Assembly: GCA_040398845.1 (NCBI GenBank)
Contig: JBBATH010000001.1
Location: 367,578 to 431,577 of the forward strand
Reading direction: 5' to 3'
Source of the DNA: Candidatus Nanopelagicales bacterium
Lineage (GTDB): Bacteria; Actinomycetota; Actinomycetes; S36-B12
DNA length: 64,000 bases
Both the position numbers and the translations under genes were made by a program. The notes below the pieces were generated by a model, which did no database searches, was not told the DNA's origin, and was given only the letters and a program-made list of their open reading frames with translations. This document shows, one piece after another, positions 57,398-64,000 of this stretch; the first letter of the stretch is position 1; the number at the start of each line of letters is the position of its first letter.

Positions 57398-57434
57398 AGC
57401 GCCGCGTGGCGTCGCGGGCAACGACCTTTCTCAC

Positions 57435-58199
57435 ATGACCGGGATTACTGCCGGCCCCATCGCAGTCGCACTCGATGCACCGAACCTCACCGTTCTGGCC
57501 GCTTGGACCAGGGCCGTGACGCCGTACGTGTCGACACTCAAGGTGGGGTTGGAGGTGTTCTGCCGCGACGGCGCGGCATCTGTCGAGGCGGCGCGCGCAG
57601 CGGCGTTTGCCGTCACAGGCCAATCGCCAGACATTTTCCTCGACCTCAAACTTCACGACATCCCGGCGACGGTCGCGGGCGCAGCGAGAGCCGTAGCTCA
57701 CCTTGCTCCCACATTCCTCACTGTTCATGCGTCCGGGGGCTCGCAGATGATCACTGCGGCAGTAGAGGCGCTCCCGGAAACGCGCATCACTGCGGTCACC
57801 GTGTTGACCTCCCTCGACGAAGAGTCGCTTGAGTCGATCGGCATGGCTGGCCCAGCGCTCGATGTGGCCGTGCGGCTCGCGGTTCTCGCAACTCGTGCGG
57901 GGGCCGGTGCCATCGTCTGCTCCCCGCGCGAGGTGGCGGCGATCCGGGCCGCGGTTTCCTCCGACATCGTGCTCATCACGCCAGGTGTGCGTCCGGCTGG
58001 CGCCTCGGACGACGACCAGCGGCGGACCGCGACCCCCGAGCAGGCGCTCGCCGATGGGGCCGACCTGCTCGTCATCGGCCGCCCGATCACCGGAGCCGCC
58101 GACGTGGGGGCGGCTGCGGCAGCACTGGCGTCCACCTGCCGGGTTGCCCTCGACGCCCGAACTGTTCGCGTCGGTCATGGGGCTCAGGTCGCTCCATGA
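57435..58199 (+). CDS. pyrF: Orotidine-5'-phosphate decarboxylase
   Basis: Motifs VALDAPN, KVGLE, DLKLHDIP and GRPIT. ATG 57435 is chosen. The ORF-track start at 57036 lies inside the pyrD tail. Confidence 0.9.
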   Translation: MTGITAGPIAVALDAPNLTVLAAWTRAVTPYVSTLKVGLEVFCRDGAASVEAARAAAFAVTGQSPDIFLDLKLHDIPATVAGAARAVAHLAPTFLTVHASGGSQMITAAVEALPETRITAVTVLTSLDEESLESIGMAGPALDVAVRLAVLATRAGAGAIVCSPREVAAIRAAVSSDIVLITPGVRPAGASDDDQRRTATPEQALADGADLLVIGRPITGAADVGAAAAALASTCRVALDARTVRVGHGAQVAP

Positions 58200-58510
58200 C
58201 CGTTCCCGTCCGGACTGAAGACCAGCGGGCTTCGGCATTGCTGCGGGCAATGGAGGTACGCCAGGGGCGGGCAGAGCTTCGTCGGGCGCTGAAGGCCGGT
58301 CAAATCTCTGGCGCTGACATCATCACAAGTACTGGAATGTCGGGGGAGTGGCATGGCGTTCGTGTCCGGTGGCTGCTGGAATCTCTCCCGAGAATTGGCC
58401 CGGCGCGTGCCGATTCGATCATGAGGAGGCTGGCCGTCGCAGAGACGCGTCGGCTTGGGGGCCTCACGGATCGTCAGCGCCATGAGTTGATCGAGGCGAT
58501 CGAAGCATGA
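58196..58510 (+). CDS. mihF: Actinobacterial integration host factor MihF
   Basis: 104 aa, basic. Conserved pyrF-mihF-gmk-rpoZ synteny of Actinobacteria. ATGA overlap with pyrF. Confidence 0.8.
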   Translation: MTVPVRTEDQRASALLRAMEVRQGRAELRRALKAGQISGADIITSTGMSGEWHGVRVRWLLESLPRIGPARADSIMRRLAVAETRRLGGLTDRQRHELIEAIEA

Positions 58511-59061
58511 GCGGCGTGAGGGGGCCGCTGATGGTGGTGTCTGGACCATCTGGTGTGGGCAAGAGCACGGTTGTGCGAGCGCTCCTTGAGCGGATACCGC
58601 ATGCATGGCTCTCGGTCTCGGCAACGACCCGTCCGGCGCGGCCGGGCGAGGTCGATGGGGTCGACTACTTCTTCGTCGATTCAATGGGGTTTGACGCCAT
58701 GATCGCCGCTGGCGATCTTCTGGAGTGGGCAGAGTTCGCCGGCAACCGGTACGGGACTCCGCGTGGGCCTGTCGGCGAGCAACGTGCGGCGGGGCGACCG
58801 GTCATCTTGGAGATTGAGGTTTCTGGGGCCCGGCAGGTTCGGCAGGCTGCTCATGACGCCCTGCTCGTGTTTCTCGCCCCGCCATCCTGGGAGATCCTAC
58901 GTGCGAGGCTCCTCGGCCGTGGTACAGAATCGCCGGAGGAGATCGCTCGTCGACTCGCCGTCGCGGAGCAGGAGTTGGCTGCGCGGGATGAGTTCGATCA
59001 GGTCGTTGTGAACACCAAGGTGCCGGACACCGTCGAAACGTTGGTAGGCTTCCTTGCATGA
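58507..59061 (+). CDS. gmk: Guanylate kinase
   Basis: P-loop GPSGVGKST, plus [17 protein letters not shown]. Confidence 0.95.
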   Translation: MSGVRGPLMVVSGPSGVGKSTVVRALLERIPHAWLSVSATTRPARPGEVDGVDYFFVDSMGFDAMIAAGDLLEWAEFAGNRYGTPRGPVGEQRAAGRPVILEIEVSGARQVRQAAHDALLVFLAPPSWEILRARLLGRGTESPEEIARRLAVAEQELAARDEFDQVVVNTKVPDTVETLVGFLA

Positions 59062-59321
59062 GTTCAGCGCGCCCTGAGGGCATTACCCACCCGTCCATTG
59101 ATGCGCTCCTCGAAAAGACTGACTCTAAGTACTCGCTCGTCATTTACGCCTCCAAGCGTGCGCGACAGATCAATGCCTACTACTCCCAACTCGGCGAAGG
59201 CTTACTTGAGTATGTCGGTCCTCTTGTCGAGACCCACGTTCAAGAGAAGTCGCTCTCCATCGCCCTGCGTGAGATCGATGCGGGACTCCTTATCTCCGAG
59301 GCGGTCGAGGAGCCGGTCTGA
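59058..59321 (+). CDS. rpoZ: DNA-directed RNA polymerase omega subunit
   Basis: 87 aa with [17 protein letters not shown]. Lies after gmk. Confidence 0.9.
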   Translation: MSSARPEGITHPSIDALLEKTDSKYSLVIYASKRARQINAYYSQLGEGLLEYVGPLVETHVQEKSLSIALREIDAGLLISEAVEEPV

Positions 59322-60589
59322 CCACGACCCCTGTCGATACCGGCGCCCCCGCCCAGGGGCGACGGTCTCGCGTCGTTGTTGGGGTAGCAGGGGGCATAGC
59401 GGCCTACAAGGCTGTTGAGGTTGTCCGCGGTCTCACAGAGGCAGGGCACGACGTCACCGTCGTCCCGACGGCTGCTGCGTTGAGATTCGTCGGCTCGGCG
59501 ACCTGGGAGGCGTTGTCCGGCAACGCGGTGCACCACACTGTCTGGGATCAGGCGCACGTCGTTGCTCACGTGAGACTCGGACAACAGGCGGACCTCGTCG
59601 TCGTCGTGCCCACGACAGCCGACCTGGTCGCCCGCGCAACCCACGGCGTAGCGGAAGACCTCCTCACCAACGTCCTCCTCACTGCCCGCTGCCCGATCCT
59701 CCTCGCGCCCGCAATGCACACCGAAATGTGGGTCCACGCGGCTACACAACGAAATGTCTCGGATCTCCGTCGCAGGGGAGTCATCGTGCTAGAGCCTGCC
59801 GCTGGCCGGCTTACCGGCGCCGACTCCGGCCCAGGGCGACTGCCTGAGCCGCGCCAGATTCTGGACGCTATCGGCGATCTTCTGCGGCGGAGCCCGTCCA
59901 ATGACCTAGCCGGTCGATCGATCGTCGTGAGTGCCGGCGGCACTCGGGAGCCGCTGGATCCGGTTCGGTTCATCGGGAACAACAGCAGTGGGCGTCAAGG
60001 GATCGAACTTGCCCGGACGGCTGTGTCGCGCGGCGCCTCGGTTACCCTCGTGGCGGCCAACCTTGATGCCGATCCCCCAGCGGGGGTCACGCTCGTGCGG
60101 GTGAGCACCGCCGCCGAACTGCACGCGGCGATGGTCGCGCGGGCAAACGATGCTGATGTCCTTGTGATGGCGGCGGCTGTCGCAGATTTCCGGCCCGATA
60201 CCCGGGCCGGATCCAAGATCAAGAAGGAGTCGGCGGAGGCGACGCTGCGAATTGATCTGGTCCAGACCGTCGATGTCCTCGCTGATATTGTTCGAATGCG
60301 AGTGGGCGCGCGACCGATTATCGTTGGCTTTGCTGCGGAGACTGCGTCTGATGATGACGAGTTGCTGTCAGTGGCACGAGGGAAGCTCGCACGCAAGGGG
60401 TGCGACCTCCTCATCGTCAATGATGTGGGGCGGGTCGAGGTTTTCGGCGCCGCGGACAATGAGGTACTGGTGTTGGGGTGCAATGGTTCGATGACAAAGT
60501 TGTCACGTCGCTCGAAGGCAGCCGTGGCTGACGGGGTCTGGGATGCCGTCGCACGCCTGTTCACCGATCGATTGGCAGTCGACGCCTAG
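59318..60589 (+). CDS. coaBC: Bifunctional phosphopantothenoylcysteine decarboxylase / synthetase CoaBC; start inferred as CTG
   Basis: The flavoprotein motif [13 protein letters not shown] lies upstream of the first canonical start (TTG 59480). The frame is open from 59273 with no ATG, GTG or TTG. CTG 59318 overlaps the rpoZ stop (CTGA) and has GAGGAG 5 nt upstream. This gives 423 aa, the typical CoaBC length. Confidence 0.8.
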   Translation: MTTTPVDTGAPAQGRRSRVVVGVAGGIAAYKAVEVVRGLTEAGHDVTVVPTAAALRFVGSATWEALSGNAVHHTVWDQAHVVAHVRLGQQADLVVVVPTTADLVARATHGVAEDLLTNVLLTARCPILLAPAMHTEMWVHAATQRNVSDLRRRGVIVLEPAAGRLTGADSGPGRLPEPRQILDAIGDLLRRSPSNDLAGRSIVVSAGGTREPLDPVRFIGNNSSGRQGIELARTAVSRGASVTLVAANLDADPPAGVTLVRVSTAAELHAAMVARANDADVLVMAAAVADFRPDTRAGSKIKKESAEATLRIDLVQTVDVLADIVRMRVGARPIIVGFAAETASDDDELLSVARGKLARKGCDLLIVNDVGRVEVFGAADNEVLVLGCNGSMTKLSRRSKAAVADGVWDAVARLFTDRLAVDA

Positions 60590-60599
60590 AGCTCAACGC

Positions 60600-60605
60600 T
60601 AGAAT
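60600..60605 (+). promoter_or_regulatory. Candidate -10 hexamer TAGAAT for metK
   Basis: The sequence is cgcTAGAATgcg, 58 nt upstream of the metK GTG and 11 nt after the coaBC stop. Confidence 0.3.
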
Positions 60606-60662
60606 GCGACGGTTCATTGGCAATGACCGTCATGGTTGCCGTCACTATCGGGAGAAGAGTTC

Positions 60663-61913
60663 GTGTCGAAGCGCTTGTTCACGTCCGAGTCCGTCACCGA
60701 GGGTCACCCCGACAAGATGGCTGACCAGATCAGCGATGCCATCTTGGATGACCTCCTGCGTCAGGATCCGCGCAGCCGAGTTGCCGTCGAGACGATGCTT
60801 ACGACCGGACAGGTGCACGTTGCCGGTGAGGTCACGACCGATGGCTTTGCGGATGTGATGAAACTCGTGCGCGACACCGTCCTGCACATCGGCTACGACT
60901 CCTCGGAGAAGGGCTTCGACGGATCGTCTTGCGGCATCCAGGTGTCGATCGGCAAGCAGTCACCGGACATTGCGCAGGGTGTCGACGACGCCATCGAAGA
61001 GCGAGAGGGCAAGAGCGGAGATCCGCTCGACCGACAGGGCGCCGGGGATCAAGGTCTGATGTTCGGTTACGCCTGCACCGACACTGTCGAGTTGATGCCA
61101 CTGCCGATCTCGCTGGCGCACCGCCTCGCCGAGCGGCTCACCCTCGTTCGTAAGGACGGCACGCTCGGCTACCTGCGCGCTGATGGGAAGACTCAGGTCA
61201 CCATCGAGTACGACGAGAACGACCGCCCAATCCGAATCGACACCATCGTGGTGTCGAGCCAGCACGCCGAGCACATCGACCTCGATAAGGATCTCGGCCC
61301 GGACATTCGTCGAATGGTGGTTGGGCCGATTCTCGAGACGATTGATCTGGATTCGAAGGACTACCGCCTACTCGTCAATCCCACGGGCAAGTTCGTGGTC
61401 GGCGGGCCGATGGGCGATGCCGGACTCACCGGACGAAAGATCATTGTCGACACCTACGGCGGGATGGCCCGCCACGGTGGCGGTGCCTTCTCCGGCAAGG
61501 ACCCGTCAAAGGTTGACAGGTCTGCCGCGTACGCGATGCGCTGGGTCGCCAAGAATGTTGTGGCTGCTGGTCTGGCGACACGGTGTGAGGTTCAGGTCGC
61601 CTACGCGATCGGCAAGGCTCACCCGGTTGGTGTGTTTGTCGAGACCTTTGGTTCCGGCATCATCAGCGATGAGACGATTCAGGAGGCCGTGCTTCGTGTC
61701 TTCGACCTACGTCCAGCGGCGATCATCCGCGATCTTGACCTGCTTCGCCCGATCTATCGAACGACGAGCGCCTATGGGCACTTTGGCCGTCCGCAGGGAA
61801 CGAACGAGTTGCTTGATGCGGATGATGTGATGAGTCGTACTCAGGTCGGGCCGACGTTCACCTGGGAGGGTGTCGACCGGGCAGAGGCGCTGCGCGACGT
61901 CGCTGGCGTTTAG
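60663..61913 (+). CDS. metK: S-adenosylmethionine synthase
   Basis: Motifs [23 protein letters not shown] and [19 protein letters not shown] 60663 is preceded by GGGAGAAGAG. The ORF-track start is 60636. Confidence 0.95.
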   Translation: MSKRLFTSESVTEGHPDKMADQISDAILDDLLRQDPRSRVAVETMLTTGQVHVAGEVTTDGFADVMKLVRDTVLHIGYDSSEKGFDGSSCGIQVSIGKQSPDIAQGVDDAIEEREGKSGDPLDRQGAGDQGLMFGYACTDTVELMPLPISLAHRLAERLTLVRKDGTLGYLRADGKTQVTIEYDENDRPIRIDTIVVSSQHAEHIDLDKDLGPDIRRMVVGPILETIDLDSKDYRLLVNPTGKFVVGGPMGDAGLTGRKIIVDTYGGMARHGGGAFSGKDPSKVDRSAAYAMRWVAKNVVAAGLATRCEVQVAYAIGKAHPVGVFVETFGSGIISDETIQEAVLRVFDLRPAAIIRDLDLLRPIYRTTSAYGHFGRPQGTNELLDADDVMSRTQVGPTFTWEGVDRAEALRDVAGV

Positions 61914-61930
61914 TAGCTCGACCGGGGGCA

Positions 61931-63922
61931 ATGATCGACGACCAACTGGCACTGGATACAGGTATACCGGCTGGCCGCCGACCGCGGGTGGGTTCGACGG
62001 TGCCGTTGGCCAAGGAGTCGCCGGTTGCCCAAGTGCGCGTGGATTCGCCGCTGCCCCACCTCGACCGGGTATTCGACTACGGAGTACCCGAATCCCACGA
62101 CGAGGCTGCTCAGCCCGGAGTTCGGGTGCGTGTTCGCTTCGCGGGACGGCTCCTCAACGGCCTTATCGTCGGGCGGAGCCAAGAGAGCTCGGTGGAATCG
62201 AACCTACGGCCCATCGAACGGGTGCTGTCGCCCGAGCCGGTACTCACAGATGAGGTCTTGGCACTTATCTCAGGGGTAGCGGAGCGATATGCGGGTTCCT
62301 TCTGGGACGTCTTAAGGGCCGCAGTTCCCCCTCGGCACGCTCGCGCGGAGGCTGCAGTCACCATGACTGACGTCGCCTCGTTGGTCCACCCCCGCGAGGG
62401 TGACGCGGAGGCATGGGCGCGGTACCAGCGTGGCAGGGTGCTCTACGGACGTGCGCTCGCTGGTGGTATCGCAGGAGTGCGCGGCGTATGGTCTGCGGCG
62501 CCAGCCCATCCGTGGACAGAAGACGTTGCGGCGATCGTCCGTGCGGTGCTCTCGCGGCCGACGGGGGGAGTCCTCGTCGTCGTCCCAGACGCCTGGGATG
62601 TTGCGCAGATGACAGCATCCCTTGAGGATTGCTCCGAGACGATGGCCGTACTCACGGCAGATCTCGGGCCAGAGCGCCGATACCGGGAATTCCTGCGGGT
62701 GCTGCGGGGGGCCGTTCGCGTCGTTGTCGGGACCAGGGCCGCGGTGTTCGCGCCCGTCCGTGATTTGGCACTCACTATCGTGTGGAATGACGGAGATGAG
62801 GCTCTATGGGAGCCGCACGCGCCATATTGGAATGCTCGCGACGTTGCAGCACTACGATCCCATCTCACCGGCTGCGGCCTTCTAGTCGGGTCACCGGCCC
62901 GAAGCGTCGAGACTGAACAGTGGTGCGCAAGTGGTTGGGCACAGTCGATCTCCCCGAATCGGCAGACGCTACGAGCGGACGCGCCGGTGGTTCGCGCTCT
63001 GGAGATCCAAGACGAGGCCCGTGATGAGGCTGCCGCGTCAGCGAGGATTCCACACACCGCATGGCTGGTCGCTAAGGAGGGCCTGCGCAGCGGGCCGGTA
63101 CTCATCCAGGTGGCGCGGCGCGGCTACCTACCATCGCTTTCATGCTTGGGCTGCCGAGAGGCGGCCCGTTGCTCGTGCACCGGGCCGTTGTCACTGGCAG
63201 CTGGGCGGCAGGTTGCCATGTGTGGCTGGTGTGGCAAGTTTTCGGGCTCGTGGTCGTGCCGGGGGTGTGGCTCCGGTCAGTTTCGCGCGGTGGCGATTGG
63301 AATCGAACGCACCGCCGAGGAGTTCGGACGGGCGTTCCAAGGGGAACGGATCGTGTGGTCGTCCGGCGACCAGGTGAAGCGTGCGGTGGGCGAAACCCCT
63401 GCACTGGTCATCGCGACAGCTGGCGCCGAGCCGGTGGCCTCAGGCGGATATACCGCAGTCGTGATCCTCGACGCACGCACCTCGATGATGCGTCAGTCAC
63501 TTCGGGCGATGGAGGAGTCTGCTCATCGGTGGTTCTCGGCTGCGCTCCTCGCGAGACCTCGCGCGCACATCATCGTCACCGCCGATACTGGCGCGCCGGC
63601 CGTGCAGGCACTTGTTCGGTGGGACCCGTCATGGCTGGCTGCGCGCGAGTTGGGCGAGCGGGCCTCCGCCGGTATGCCTCCCGCGACCCGCGTCGCGGTG
63701 CTGCGCGGGGCTTCACAGGACATCGAGGAGGTCGGACGTGCCTTGCGGGTGACTCACCGGCTCCTCGGCCCGGTGGCAGGTAGGGCGATCGTGACCGTGC
63801 GGCGTGAGGATGGGGCGGTACTGGGCAGAGAGCTGCGCGCCATCAGCGTCGTCCGGTCGGCGAAGTCAGGGTCCGGTAAGCCCGTCACAGTAATCATGGA
63901 TCCAAGAGACATCGACACCTAA
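61931..63922 (+). CDS. priA: Primosomal protein N' (PriA family) with degenerate ATPase motifs
   Basis: N-terminal DNA-binding region VRVDSPLPHLDRVFDYGVP and a Cys-rich zinc region (CLGC...CSC...CGWCG...CRGCG). The Walker A and DEAH positions are not conserved. Confidence 0.85.
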   Translation: MIDDQLALDTGIPAGRRPRVGSTVPLAKESPVAQVRVDSPLPHLDRVFDYGVPESHDEAAQPGVRVRVRFAGRLLNGLIVGRSQESSVESNLRPIERVLSPEPVLTDEVLALISGVAERYAGSFWDVLRAAVPPRHARAEAAVTMTDVASLVHPREGDAEAWARYQRGRVLYGRALAGGIAGVRGVWSAAPAHPWTEDVAAIVRAVLSRPTGGVLVVVPDAWDVAQMTASLEDCSETMAVLTADLGPERRYREFLRVLRGAVRVVVGTRAAVFAPVRDLALTIVWNDGDEALWEPHAPYWNARDVAALRSHLTGCGLLVGSPARSVETEQWCASGWAQSISPNRQTLRADAPVVRALEIQDEARDEAAASARIPHTAWLVAKEGLRSGPVLIQVARRGYLPSLSCLGCREAARCSCTGPLSLAAGRQVAMCGWCGKFSGSWSCRGCGSGQFRAVAIGIERTAEEFGRAFQGERIVWSSGDQVKRAVGETPALVIATAGAEPVASGGYTAVVILDARTSMMRQSLRAMEESAHRWFSAALLARPRAHIIVTADTGAPAVQALVRWDPSWLAARELGERASAGMPPATRVAVLRGASQDIEEVGRALRVTHRLLGPVAGRAIVTVRREDGAVLGRELRAISVVRSAKSGSGKPVTVIMDPRDIDT

Positions 63923-63934
63923 GAATCGAGCCAC

Positions 63935-63961
63935 CATCTCGCCCAGAATCCGGGCGAGATG
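63935..63961 (+). terminator. Perfect 10-bp-stem hairpin after priA; candidate terminator
   Basis: catctcgccc-agaatcc-gggcgagatg starts 13 nt after the priA stop. A second gaacgaa...ttcgttc pairing with a tttt run follows. Confidence 0.5.
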
Positions 63962-64000
63962 AACGAATCGCGGGCGATTTGCCTGATTTTCGTTCGTCTC

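Noticed and set aside
57036-57434. In-frame upstream extension of pyrF (ORF-track start 57036), which reads the 9-bp repeats as (PTV/PAV/PTM)n
   Set aside because: The extension lies wholly inside the pyrD tail in another frame and has no SD. The conserved OMP decarboxylase N-terminus (MTGITAGPIAVALDAPN) begins at ATG 57435.
60606-60662. SAM riboswitch in the metK leader (alternative pairings gacggt/accgtc versus ggcaa/ttgcc)
   Set aside because: The available leader is only about 50 nt, too short for SAM-I or SAM-IV. No conserved riboswitch core motifs were recognised.

Overview
This window is a high-GC actinobacterial chromosomal core segment. It is almost entirely coding and almost entirely on the + strand. 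Gene order: the distal dcw cluster (murE fragment, murF, mraY, murD, ftsW, murG, murC, ftsQ, ftsZ, pgeF/yfiH, yggS, sepF, yggT, divIVA); ileS on the - strand; a DksA/TraR zinc-finger gene, lspA, rluD and dnaE; a small block of a membrane protein (+) with ybaK and a Lon-N-domain gene (both -); a fused his-trp supraoperon (hisD-C-B-H-A-F-I-trpE, Trp-associated membrane protein, HGxxPAAW protein, OmpR-type response regulator, histidine kinase, DUF2752 protein, trpC-B-A); a MauE/DoxX plus DsbA-like pair; lgt; gltBD; pyk; a long pyrimidine supraoperon (PyrR-binding leader, pyrR-B-C, carAB, pyrK, pyrD class 1B, pyrF) running on into mihF-gmk-rpoZ-coaBC; then metK and primosomal priA. I found no tRNA or rRNA genes, CRISPR arrays, IS elements, integrases, prophage genes or defence-type islands. 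I do not see a convincing undescribed multi-gene system here. The points worth a second look are smaller scale: (1) a recurrent leaderless-start architecture (TANNNT, 6-7 nt, start codon), including a back-to-back divergent pair at hisD and the Lon-N gene whose -10 boxes overlap; (2) a DivIVA built from five Cys-containing coiled-coil modules; (3) a perfect hairpin inside the 36-nt overlap of the divIVA and ileS coding 3' ends; (4) a PyrD with a 120-aa acidic, His-rich tail encoded by ten 9-bp tandem repeats; (5) coaBC with no canonical start codon, probably using a CTG that overlaps the rpoZ stop; (6) a PriA with degenerate Walker A and DEAH motifs; (7) two lineage-variable insertions in the trp region, a two-component system and a MauE/DsbA redox pair. 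All calls rest on motif recognition and synteny by eye. No database search was run.
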